Shown here piece by piece: positions 1 to 8,691 of a DNA stretch of 54,476 nucleotides. A program made the position numbers and the translations under genes. Each line of letters opens with the position of its first letter. Within the stretch, counting starts at the first letter, position 1. Below the pieces are notes generated by a model. That model saw only the letters and a list, made by a program, of their open reading frames with translations, did not search any database and was not told the origin of the DNA. Origin of the DNA: a virus (Duplodnaviria; Caudoviricetes); the IMG/VR virus record IMGVR_UViG_3300030450_002076, positions 1-54,476 of that record, one strand, 5' to 3'.

Positions 1-28
1 TCAGGAGCCCAATTTATTGTGTCAGTTG
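1..28. repeat. Terminal direct repeat, left copy (assembly circularity overlap)
   Basis: TCAGGAGCCCAATTTATTGTGTCAGTTG matches 54449-54476 at 27/28 positions. Confidence 0.9.
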
Positions 29-98
29 CAGTTGGACCAGTAAATCCTTGTTGCCACCAAGCATTAGGGTCAAACGGGTCATAAGGTGATTCCCACAT
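1..98 (-). CDS. 5' part of a gene spanning the circular junction (MWESPYDPFDPNAWWQQGF...), continues at 54448..53878
   Basis: ATG at 98 with upstream GAAGGAA; frame joins the 53878..54438 ORF when the 28-bp overlap is collapsed. Confidence 0.8.
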   Translation of the reverse strand, partial: MWESPYDPFDPNAWWQQGFTGPTATDTINWAP

Positions 99-110
99 AA
101 TTATTCCTTC

Positions 111-1091
111 CTATTTTGTTGCAAATCCTGGTGGGTTAGCACCAGCATATTTTGATATTTGATTCCATAAACTATTTTGAGGATTTTGAAAGCTCTTCAT
201 AAAATCTATATATAAAGGATTCATTCCCCATGTACCTTCTTTTACTAAATCTCCTGCTGCATTATAAAATGGTTGAGTATAAACAAATTTATTAATACCT
301 TGACCATAAGCCATTTTTTCCATTTGGTTAGATGCAAACATGTCTTTAAAATTATCTGCAAAATCTTGAAATGGAGTAAAATCTCCACCCCATGCATTTG
401 TAAAATCATCTGAATTTAATACTACACCTGGTGTAGCTGGTTGACCATCTAGCAGCATATTACCACTATTAGGGTCTACAGTCCATTCCCCGCCTTGTGT
501 TCCAGGTATATCATATTTACCATAATTTTGTGCAAGACCTGCAGTAGCTATTTTAGTTGCAAAGCTTTCAGCAAATGTAGGTAAAAAATCTTCATCTAAC
601 TGATAGCTGCTTAAGTCACTTAGATAGTCTTCTATGTCTGTTTGTTGTCTTAAAATTTGTTCAGCTGTTCTATTTGCATGTACCCACTTGCCTGTTTCAC
701 CTTCCCAGTTACCTTCTCCAGATATTTGATCTCTCACTTGCGAAGCATAAGTCTCAGGAGCATATGAAGCTACATCAATTCCTAATTGGTCAGAAACACC
801 ACCTTCAATAAGATCGTGCAAGCTATGACCTACAAAATCTCCTAATCCAGATAATGCTGCATAAGTTGCGGAACCTGCCACTACCCCCATACTTCCTAAA
901 GCTGGAAAGAACATAAAAGCAAGAGCAGGGAGTAATACAGAAGCTATCGACTCCCAGAAACTTTGGCTTTCTGCCTCTTCCATTGCCTTGTCATATGCAA
1001 CTTGCACATCTTCTTGTAAACTGGAAATAGCTTCCCATTCTTTATCTAGGTCAGATTTTCTAGCTGCTGTAGACCATCTTCCGTATGACAT
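111..1091 (-). CDS. Putative internal virion/ejection protein with N-terminal hydrophobic segment
   Basis: 326 aa; AAGGAG RBS; hydrophobic Gly/Ala-rich stretch (SIASVLLPALAFMFFPALGSMGVVAG); first gene of the block leading to the giant proteins. Confidence 0.5.
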   Translation of the reverse strand: MSYGRWSTAARKSDLDKEWEAISSLQEDVQVAYDKAMEEAESQSFWESIASVLLPALAFMFFPALGSMGVVAGSATYAALSGLGDFVGHSLHDLIEGGVSDQLGIDVASYAPETYASQVRDQISGEGNWEGETGKWVHANRTAEQILRQQTDIEDYLSDLSSYQLDEDFLPTFAESFATKIATAGLAQNYGKYDIPGTQGGEWTVDPNSGNMLLDGQPATPGVVLNSDDFTNAWGGDFTPFQDFADNFKDMFASNQMEKMAYGQGINKFVYTQPFYNAAGDLVKEGTWGMNPLYIDFMKSFQNPQNSLWNQISKYAGANPPGFATK

Positions 1092-1181
1092 ATTGTTCTC
1101 CTTCTTAAATTTAAGGATATTCTAACTTTATAAGATATTATATCCTCTCTTTATATTCAAATAAATTTGATTTTACTGTTA

Positions 1182-1427
1182 TTAATACATGCTATCAGGT
1201 TCATTTTTAACTTTCCAAGGCTTTGGTCTTGGGGGATCCTGATTAGGTAACCATATATTTTGATACCAATCAGAAAAATTTTCACCTGCCTGACCTTCCT
1301 CTAAGTAATTAGCTCCTTCTTCTTCGATAGGAGCCCATTGGAAAATCAAATCCCATAAACTTAAAGCTGGTTTATCTTTTTTATTTTTGTATTGCTTATT
1401 CATCACTCTCTCCTTATAAATATTCAC
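1182..1427 (-). CDS. Hypothetical protein (start may be the internal GTG at ~1406 after AAGGAG)
   Basis: 81-aa ORF co-oriented in the late operon. Confidence 0.55.
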   Translation of the reverse strand: MNIYKERVMNKQYKNKKDKPALSLWDLIFQWAPIEEEGANYLEEGQAGENFSDWYQNIWLPNQDPPRPKPWKVKNEPDSMY

Positions 1428-2130
1428 CTGCTATATATAGATTAAAATTTACATTACCTGTTGACAAATGTACTCCTCTTTTATATATAAGTCTTATACC
1501 GTCACCAGCGTTTAATTTTACTTCTGAAAAAGCAGAACCTTTTGCTACAGCTAATACTGGAAAATCAGTAAAGTAATGTGTACCTGAATTAAAACTATTA
1601 TCACTAACAACACATCCATTGATGGTGTGTAGTAAAGTCGTAGAGCCACCAGAACTTCCACTAGCTATGCCTCTCACTATCTGAGCTTTCCAATCGTGCT
1701 GTATACTGTTCCAATTAGATTGATCATGATTCCACGCTAACGAAGCATGAGTGACAACACAATCTCTAGGAGCTATAAAAGGTAATCTTGCAAATCTTTC
1801 AAATGCTAATCCAGTATCATTATTCTCTTGCATCATAGAATCATCATTTGCTCTCCACCACCATTTAGTTGCATTTGTTACTCTCATACCTCCTGCAATA
1901 TTAATCATAAAAGCTTTAACTAATTCTTGAGATTTCTTTCTTAATATCTTTGTAGCTTCTTCTTTTTCTGTTATTCTATCATCAGCTTCAAGCTGTGAAA
2001 ACTTAGTTTTAAATAACTTAGCATTATTTCTTGTATAAAGATATAGATCATTTCCCTCTTGTATAAAAGATAACTTGCCTTCTTTAACATCAGACAAATC
2101 TCTTCTTCTTTTATTAACTAAAAAGCTCAT
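1414..2130 (-). CDS. Putative tail-associated protein
   Basis: 238 aa; start overlaps the stop of the 827-aa gene; beta-rich C-terminus. Confidence 0.5.
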   Translation of the reverse strand: MSFLVNKRRRDLSDVKEGKLSFIQEGNDLYLYTRNNAKLFKTKFSQLEADDRITEKEEATKILRKKSQELVKAFMINIAGGMRVTNATKWWWRANDDSMMQENNDTGLAFERFARLPFIAPRDCVVTHASLAWNHDQSNWNSIQHDWKAQIVRGIASGSSGGSTTLLHTINGCVVSDNSFNSGTHYFTDFPVLAVAKGSAFSEVKLNAGDGIRLIYKRGVHLSTGNVNFNLYIAGEYL

Positions 2131-4613
2131 TATTTAATAGTCTTTCTTTTAAACGATATACTAATACTTCCAAGTTCAAAATCAGAAGGAATATCTTTAG
2201 CTGATGTACCGTCATTACCTTGTACCATTATCTGCAGTAAATAAACATTTGCAAGAGATAGAGTATAATAATTTGTAAATTCTTGTCTAGTGTAATCACT
2301 ATAATCAGCCATAGCATCCAATCTTTGCCAACCACTCCAAGTTGCACTTTCTTTAGATATACATCTAACCCATGGGTAAACTTTATCACTTCCTGCATTT
2401 TTATGTATAATACTAATTGATTTTATTTTCTTTCTTTGTCCTTTTTGTCCAAAGTCAAATGCTTTAGATTTCCAAAGTCCATTATTTTGTTCTTTACCAG
2501 TCGTAGCTAAAATAGTAAATAACTCATTATTAGAGCCAATCATAATGCGAGAGTCTTGAGTCCCTAAAGCTAATACCATATTTGTTTTTTCATAACTATT
2601 GCTTCTATCTAAATTGTGTGTACCATCTGTCCCTCTTGACCATGATTGCAATTTGACATTAAACATATAAATATCAGGAGCGGTTCCACCTGATTTATCT
2701 ACAACATACAATACTCTATTATGAGGAGAAAACTGACACATAGGCTTATTCATAGCAGATGCCCAACCTGCTGTACTATATCTGCTTTTACCTTCAAATT
2801 CTAATACATTTGAAATTTTTTGAGAATCGTAATAATAACATCCATTCTCATTAACCCAAAATATCCCGTAATCAGATGTACATACTGCTGCTTGACTCCA
2901 TACACCTAATCCTTTATAAGTGCTTTCTAAAAATTCTGAATCCTCAGATACATTAATTATATATACTGTATCGTTTTTAAATTGAATTAACCTATCATTA
3001 AATACAGCTAATGCTGTAATCTCTTCTCCGTCTTCTTTCACTACATCTAAATATCTATGTACAGGGTATTTGGATAATTGATTTACAGGGCTTTTTATCA
3101 TTCTATCTGCATAATGTCTACCTTCCATAAAAACATTGCCGATATAAGCTATTCTATTAGCTACAACCCTTGTTTTATAAGGCATACCTAATGAAGTAAA
3201 TGGTAACCCTGTTGAAGGGTTTTCAGATAAATGACCTGTCTCTGCTTCATATGTAGATACCAATGAAGGATCGTCTATATCTCCACCATCACACACTACA
3301 AATTTACTACTACTAGCACCTGAAATCTCACCCCATATAGCACCTTGAGTATCAGCATGAGTATCTCTTCCTCCAGTAGCTATATCAAAAGTTCCTAATA
3401 AATACCAATTTCTTGTACCGAAGCCAACACTTCCTTCCTTTTGAGCATAAACTTTTACAGACCTAATTCTTTTATTAAAAGCCACACTACTAGTGCCGCC
3501 TACTGTACCACATCCTATTCCAACTTGAACAGTAACTTTTTTATCATTTCCTATAACGACACCTGTATTTGGATTAGCATCTGAAGAAAGATAATATAAT
3601 AAAGACTCTTGATTATCTTCATATAAATAAGATACAGCAACATGCCATGTACCTTCCCATAAGCTATTTGTAATGTTACCTGCTTCTTCAAATAAAGAAA
3701 CTCTTATATCTCCATCACCCCAAGTTAATCCCGTTAAATTAGCTAAAGTTGTTTTATATAACCTTGTATTACCAGTACTTGAGCCATCATATTTTTCAGG
3801 GCTGTGAATTTCATCATCTTGAGTATACCATCCATTAGCACCATATCCTACATTTGTTCCCTGAAACCATATTTGCTCAACGTAACCTCTCCACTTACTC
3901 TTACTATTACCAGTTTGAGCATTAGTAAAATTACCATCTGCAATTTTAAAAGCACCATTGTCATAAGACATTACAGGCTTAGGTGCGCTTCCATTACCTA
4001 TATCTATAACATTAGCTGTATTTGTACCTGCGCTATCATTTGTATTATCTGTTATATCTACCTGAGAATTAGTCTTATCAAATCCAGCAATATAATGTTT
4101 ATTTGTAGTTACAGCACCTACAGAGATAGTTTGACCTGAGATAGTGCCAGAACCAGTGTCAGAGCCTGTATTAATTGTAAATCCAGTTACATTAACACCT
4201 GCTGTTCCAGCAGTTATAGCAGTTACATAATGTTCACCACTATAGAAATATACAGGATGCATAATTTTACAACCTATAAAAATACGAGCTGATGAAGCAC
4301 ATGTTATAGCTGTTGCTCCACCAGTAAATCCGACACTTGTAGCTTCTGCTGCAGTTTGTTCAAAATCGTCATGTTCTGTTCCAAAAACAAATAGACCTTC
4401 TCCTTGTGAAGTAGAACTTCCAAAATCAGGATGATTAGTGGGATTAGCAGTAGTATTAATTTCTCCGCTAGTTACAACTCTTCCAATATTACTTACATCC
4501 AAACCTCTTAATTCTGCACCTTCTCCTTCCATTAAATCTGAAGGATCTGTAGAATGATTTTCTCCTTTTTCAAAAGTATTTATTTCTAATAATTCTCTTG
4601 GCATATTATACAC
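2130..4613 (-). CDS. Tail nozzle/stabilisation protein (podovirus tail tubular B / P22 gp10-like)
   Basis: 827 aa; beta-propeller-like segments (DGEEITALAVFNDRLIQFK, YGIFWVNENGCYYYD); C-terminal WKSKAFDFGQ..RKKI motif typical of this class. Confidence 0.65.
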   Translation of the reverse strand: MYNMPRELLEINTFEKGENHSTDPSDLMEGEGAELRGLDVSNIGRVVTSGEINTTANPTNHPDFGSSTSQGEGLFVFGTEHDDFEQTAAEATSVGFTGGATAITCASSARIFIGCKIMHPVYFYSGEHYVTAITAGTAGVNVTGFTINTGSDTGSGTISGQTISVGAVTTNKHYIAGFDKTNSQVDITDNTNDSAGTNTANVIDIGNGSAPKPVMSYDNGAFKIADGNFTNAQTGNSKSKWRGYVEQIWFQGTNVGYGANGWYTQDDEIHSPEKYDGSSTGNTRLYKTTLANLTGLTWGDGDIRVSLFEEAGNITNSLWEGTWHVAVSYLYEDNQESLLYYLSSDANPNTGVVIGNDKKVTVQVGIGCGTVGGTSSVAFNKRIRSVKVYAQKEGSVGFGTRNWYLLGTFDIATGGRDTHADTQGAIWGEISGASSSKFVVCDGGDIDDPSLVSTYEAETGHLSENPSTGLPFTSLGMPYKTRVVANRIAYIGNVFMEGRHYADRMIKSPVNQLSKYPVHRYLDVVKEDGEEITALAVFNDRLIQFKNDTVYIINVSEDSEFLESTYKGLGVWSQAAVCTSDYGIFWVNENGCYYYDSQKISNVLEFEGKSRYSTAGWASAMNKPMCQFSPHNRVLYVVDKSGGTAPDIYMFNVKLQSWSRGTDGTHNLDRSNSYEKTNMVLALGTQDSRIMIGSNNELFTILATTGKEQNNGLWKSKAFDFGQKGQRKKIKSISIIHKNAGSDKVYPWVRCISKESATWSGWQRLDAMADYSDYTRQEFTNYYTLSLANVYLLQIMVQGNDGTSAKDIPSDFELGSISISFKRKTIK

Positions 4614-4621
4614 TTTCTTTT

Positions 4622-4701
4622 ATTATTGGGGAGAACATCCTTATAGCAAGGCGTGTCAGAGTAGAACGTAGTTATAGGAGTGGCTGTAACTCCCCAATAA
4701 T
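4622..4701 (-). other. Intergenic structured element closed by a perfect 12-bp stem
   Basis: ATTATTGGGGAG (4622-4633) / CTCCCCAATAAT (4690-4701) enclosing two small internal hairpins; lies just upstream of the 827-aa gene. Confidence 0.55.
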
Positions 4702-4734
4702 CTTTACTTAATATTATGTCACCATAATGTTTCA

Positions 4735-4881
4735 CTATTTTTTAATTTTATCAATAATAGGTTTTAATATCATATCAAAAATTAAATCATCCTTCTTAGA
4801 GGGACTTAATTTAATACCTTTCTCTAAAACATATAGAGCAAGTAAAAAATATTCCCAATTTGATGTAATTAGTTCTAACAT
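4735..4881 (-). CDS. Small membrane protein, holin-like (48 aa, not in ORF track)
   Basis: MLELITSNWEYFLLALYVLEKGIKLSPSKKDDLIFDMILKPIIDKIKK; AGGAG RBS; start overlaps the upstream stop. Confidence 0.65.
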   Translation of the reverse strand: MLELITSNWEYFLLALYVLEKGIKLSPSKKDDLIFDMILKPIIDKIKK

Positions 4882-5090
4882 TATTTTCTCCTTTTCTTAG
4901 TTACTTTTTCAACTCTCTTAGCTTTGCAACCGCATTTCATGCAAATAAAATCCGCACGTGGGTGTGCAATCTTTTCTAACGCTTTAATTCTTTTTTCATG
5001 ACCGCTAGCAATTTGTTTATCTGATGCTTTTTCTATAGCTTTCATAACTTGTTTAATAATAAAGCTAACTAACATTTTTTGACCTATCAT
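4881..5090 (-). CDS. Small hypothetical protein with CxxCxC and basic tail
   Basis: 69 aa; GGAGGAG RBS; ATGA overlap with upstream gene. Confidence 0.65.
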   Translation of the reverse strand: MIGQKMLVSFIIKQVMKAIEKASDKQIASGHEKRIKALEKIAHPRADFICMKCGCKAKRVEKVTKKRRK

Positions 5091-5452
5091 TTCTCCTCCT
5101 TACAATTTTCCCATTTTTTTAAATCTAACATTGGTAGAGGTTTTTCTATTAAATGATCTTTTAGTTTATCATTTTGTATAGCAACCTTATTACCTCCTTT
5201 AATAAAAGGTTTACCATCTGCACATCCAATATCATATACAAAGAGGATTGTTTTCCATAAGCCACATCGAACTACTCTAGCTGGTCTTCCATCAAAAATA
5301 ATAACATCATCAGTATTTAAATCATCTCCAGCAAAAACTTTAATAGCTTCAATTGCTGTTTCTATAGTATTCCTACCTATTAGAAAAATAAAAGCAGCAA
5401 TAGCCATCCAGCCATACTGACCTATAAAATGCTCTATTGCTTGCTGATCCAT
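5087..5452 (-). CDS. Membrane protein with MscS-like beta segment
   Basis: One TM helix followed by DDVIIFDGRPARVVRCGLWKT, resembling the MscS middle beta domain. Confidence 0.5.
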   Translation of the reverse strand: MDQQAIEHFIGQYGWMAIAAFIFLIGRNTIETAIEAIKVFAGDDLNTDDVIIFDGRPARVVRCGLWKTILFVYDIGCADGKPFIKGGNKVAIQNDKLKDHLIEKPLPMLDLKKWENCKEEK

Positions 5453-5461
5453 AATACCTCA

Positions 5462-6244
5462 TTATTTATTACCGTCTATCAGTTCTCCCCATAAAGAAGT
5501 TTTACCATTTATTATTTGTATGATATGAACTGTAAACAATCCATTTTTATAAAAATCTACAATCGCAAAAGCGTGCGACCAGTTAATGTTTCTATGATCT
5601 AACCAATCATTCGCTTTAGGACTCATATCTTTTAAGCATCCAATACTCCAGGCTGATTTAGGTCCATCCATATGTGTCATTGAATGTTGTTGTAAGTCAT
5701 GCCAATGTCCGTACATTATATTGCATCCCATTTTTCTGAGATGGTTTGCCGTATGGTATTGACCGCCAAATTGATGTCCGTGATAAAAATAAAGCTTACC
5801 AATCTTTAAATGCTTACCAAAAGGATAGTATGTATAACCTCTCCCTTTTAAGTCAACAGCATTCGCAAATCTATACTGAGGTATATAAGGATACTTATCA
5901 ACTGCATAATTAAGCCAGTTATCATGATTACCTTCCGTAATATACCTTTCCTTGCAGTTAGCTTTATCAAGGGATTCATCAACCATGTCCATGCCTTCAT
6001 TAACATCTTTGACATCTTTATCGAACCCTTCTATAAGATACTCAAGTGGTGGAGCTTTCTTTCTTTTAAACTTCCATGCTGAAAATGCTCCCCATTCACC
6101 TACATCTCCCAAATCAACATAAGCATCAGGCTTTACAATTTCTATTGTTCTTTTTAAAACGTTTATCGCCTTTTGATCATGTAAGGGAAAGTGTTTATCA
6201 GGTGTTACTACTACTCTTTTAACAACGCCTTTATCTACTTTCAA
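5462..6244 (-). CDS. Calcineurin-like metallophosphoesterase
   Basis: Motifs DKH, GD, GNHD, HGH, GHWH in canonical order; TTG start with AGGAG RBS. Confidence 0.88.
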   Translation of the reverse strand: MKVDKGVVKRVVVTPDKHFPLHDQKAINVLKRTIEIVKPDAYVDLGDVGEWGAFSAWKFKRKKAPPLEYLIEGFDKDVKDVNEGMDMVDESLDKANCKERYITEGNHDNWLNYAVDKYPYIPQYRFANAVDLKGRGYTYYPFGKHLKIGKLYFYHGHQFGGQYHTANHLRKMGCNIMYGHWHDLQQHSMTHMDGPKSAWSIGCLKDMSPKANDWLDHRNINWSHAFAIVDFYKNGLFTVHIIQIINGKTSLWGELIDGNK

Positions 6245-6254
6245 GATAGATCTC

Positions 6255-6401
6255 CTATTTTAGTTCCTTATAAATTTTAATAGCCATATATACAGCTGTT
6301 AAAATACCGCCAATCAAACCTACAGTTTGTGGTAACCAGGTCATCAATGGTAATGATGACCCAGTAATACCTACTGTAACTGTTTTTAAAGAATCTGCCA
6401 T
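6255..6401 (-). CDS. Small two-TM holin-like protein (48 aa, not in ORF track)
   Basis: MADSLKTVTVGITGSSLPLMTWLPQTVGLIGGILTAVYMAIKIYKELK; TAATG overlap with upstream gene. Confidence 0.65.
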   Translation of the reverse strand: MADSLKTVTVGITGSSLPLMTWLPQTVGLIGGILTAVYMAIKIYKELK

Positions 6402-6700
6402 TATGGTTTTTTCTTTAAAGGTAATTGAGGTTTTTTCTTTATTGGTAACTCAGGTTTTTTTCCTATTGAAGCAGCAGTACCTGGTTTAGCAGCAACGTTG
6501 TTTGATATTGACTGGTTACCCTTCTTTGTAGGACTATCACTTGATTTTGAAGCATATTTACCATAACTTTTGCTTTTTAGAGTATTTTTTCTCTGTCCAG
6601 CATGATGTGAATGACCTTTCTTTGAAGAAGACTTTCTTTTTCTTTTTACACCAAGTCCTCTAAGACCTACTATTTTACCGCCTGATTTTTCAATTGCCAT
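6401..6700 (-). CDS. Lys/Ser-rich basic low-complexity protein
   Basis: 99 aa; AAGGAG RBS; highly basic. Confidence 0.65.
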   Translation of the reverse strand: MAIEKSGGKIVGLRGLGVKRKRKSSSKKGHSHHAGQRKNTLKSKSYGKYASKSSDSPTKKGNQSISNNVAAKPGTAASIGKKPELPIKKKPQLPLKKKP

Positions 6701-6730
6701 TGCAATTTCTCCTTTTTTGATTAATTAAAT

Positions 6731-6934
6731 TTATTGTGCACCGCCACCTTGAGTTGTTCTAGTCGTTGGTCCTTGTGTCTTTGTGTGATGAACAGCTTTA
6801 GCATGCGTTTTTCTCTTTATATGTTTTCTGCTATGCTTAACATGTTTACTAGAAGCTACCTTCTTCTTTACTTTTTTACCTCCATTAAGCAAGCCATCTA
6901 AACCAATCGCTATATGTTCTGATTTCTCTAACAT
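6731..6934 (-). CDS. Lys/His-rich basic protein
   Basis: 67 aa; AAGGAGG RBS. Confidence 0.65.
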   Translation of the reverse strand: MLEKSEHIAIGLDGLLNGGKKVKKKVASSKHVKHSRKHIKRKTHAKAVHHTKTQGPTTRTTQGGGAQ

Positions 6935-7252
6935 TTAGCCCTCCTTTCCGTAATAACAAATTACTCTTAATGTTGTTGTTGACAAACTTGAGATAGTTAT
7001 ATTTTTAAAAGGTCCATATACCATTTCCCCAGTAAGTACATCATTAACTATTAAATCATCCCCAACCCACGTTGTAGCATTAACATTTAAATTTGCTGCG
7101 GAACTAGACCCTATAACTTTAAATGCAACAAAATGTCCATCTCCTGTTGATAATGTAGTATTTGTTAATAATTTAAATCCACTTTGACCTAAAGAAATGT
7201 TTGAAGCTTCTAAGCCTGTGAATTGTCCTAATCCTTTATGATCTATCGCCAT
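6935..7252 (-). CDS. Small virion protein, paralogue of 20359..20706
   Basis: 105 aa; shares GL..(F/Y)T..EA.N.S.GQ.G and (V/I)YG....(I/V)......CY patterns with the 115-aa protein. Confidence 0.6.
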   Translation of the reverse strand: MAIDHKGLGQFTGLEASNISLGQSGFKLLTNTTLSTGDGHFVAFKVIGSSSAANLNVNATTWVGDDLIVNDVLTGEMVYGPFKNITISSLSTTTLRVICYYGKEG

Positions 7253-7253
7253 T

Positions 7254-7934
7254 TTATCTCCTTGATATTATATTAAAACCTTGAACAAATTTAGCACCGC
7301 CATGTTTAGAAGCCATACTACGTTCTATTAATTTTTTAAATTCTCTCATGAAATACTCTTTTAATTCAAGATTACCAGTATCTTCTGACAATCTTGCTTT
7401 TACATAATAGACTATTGCTTGAGCTTGAGTTCTAGATATGTCTAAGTCAAATGATTCATCCAATAAAGCACTTATACTATAATACAATTTAGGAGAAGTA
7501 TTAAAGGCAGTCCAAGTACTACTACCATAATATTTAGTTTTTAATTGAATTACATCATTTGTTCCATTATCATCGCTTTTTGTATTTGTTTGATGCAAAC
7601 CTGCAAATTCATTAGCATCTCTTAATACTATATAACTTCCATCAGTAATGTTATCTCCGCTCATATTACCATAATTTGTATATGTTGAAGTTCTATCACT
7701 TATTTCTAACAAACCTCCATTAGATCTGTAGTGAGTTATATTTTGGTCTAATTTAGCTACATCATTAATTATATAATGAGGTGAATAAGCATATTCTATC
7801 TCTAATCCACTATCAACGCTTTCATTAGGGCTTTTATACTCTAAATAGTCATTACTGACCATATTACTAGTCTGCTGTTGAATTAAAGCTAATTTATTAC
7901 CTTTATTAAAGTATGCATATTTTTTAGACGCCAT
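7254..7934 (-). CDS. Putative tail/adaptor protein (likely start MASKKYAYF at 7934)
   Basis: GGAGGA RBS before the ATG at 7934; helical C-terminus (QAIVYYVKARL..D) resembling head-tail adaptors. Confidence 0.55.
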   Translation of the reverse strand: MASKKYAYFNKGNKLALIQQQTSNMVSNDYLEYKSPNESVDSGLEIEYAYSPHYIINDVAKLDQNITHYRSNGGLLEISDRTSTYTNYGNMSGDNITDGSYIVLRDANEFAGLHQTNTKSDDNGTNDVIQLKTKYYGSSTWTAFNTSPKLYYSISALLDESFDLDISRTQAQAIVYYVKARLSEDTGNLELKEYFMREFKKLIERSMASKHGGAKFVQGFNIISRR

Positions 7935-8205
7935 CAGTATCCTCCGTAGCTGGTTCATAAATAGATCTTGGTATACTTCTATATACACCATCCTCGTTAT
8001 CATGATCTTTACATCTAACATCTAAAACATTTAAAGCTTCTTTAGGTAAATCGTAAAATCTTTTACCATCAACTATATTAATTTTAGATGTAGCTACATG
8101 TGTTTCAGAAGTGATAGCTATCTCTTCTAATGCATCTTTTATGTAAGCAATAATCAGTCCAGTAGAGTCTGAGCCGCATCGCTCCATGATCTCTTTTACT
8201 TTCAT
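7924..8205 (-). CDS. Putative head-tail adaptor N-terminal-like protein
   Basis: 93 aa; AAGGAG RBS; ..G...Y.LP....V..V pattern seen in adaptor proteins. Confidence 0.5.
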   Translation of the reverse strand: MKVKEIMERCGSDSTGLIIAYIKDALEEIAITSETHVATSKINIVDGKRFYDLPKEALNVLDVRCKDHDNEDGVYRSIPRSIYEPATEDTDGV

Positions 8206-8214
8206 ATTATCTCC

Positions 8215-8679
8215 TTAAAGAAATACTATTTCTGCATATACATTGTTAGCTGTACTAGATCTTAATTTATAATCATCGGTATTATCAAGGTCAGTTCCCA
8301 TTCCATGTAGACATATAGACTCACCTGACTCTAATGATATTTTAGTTGCTGATGGTGTTCCACCTAAAGCGACTTCTAATATACCATCGGAAGTTGTAGC
8401 TTTTGTACTACTTGTATACCCAGTATTTTTAATGAATATAAATTTACTGATTGCATTTGATGCTAATGCAGTACCACCTGCAGTATTATCAAAATGGGTA
8501 GATAAAGCTACATTATACGTCACATTAGAATCAGCTTCTAATTCGAAATCTCCGCTACCACCTAATCCTGAAACGTTACCATCGTTTGTTCCTATATCAT
8601 GTTGTCCCATATCATTATCTTCAGCGATCCTATGATATACTTGCACCGAGTTTGAAACTCTCATTCTTGTTGATGCCAT
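8215..8679 (-). CDS. Structural protein (beta-rich)
   Basis: 154 aa; FIFIKNTGY motif; AAGGAG RBS; in tail block. Confidence 0.6.
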   Translation of the reverse strand: MASTRMRVSNSVQVYHRIAEDNDMGQHDIGTNDGNVSGLGGSGDFELEADSNVTYNVALSTHFDNTAGGTALASNAISKFIFIKNTGYTSSTKATTSDGILEVALGGTPSATKISLESGESICLHGMGTDLDNTDDYKLRSSTANNVYAEIVFL

Positions 8680-8691
8680 TTTTACTTCTCC

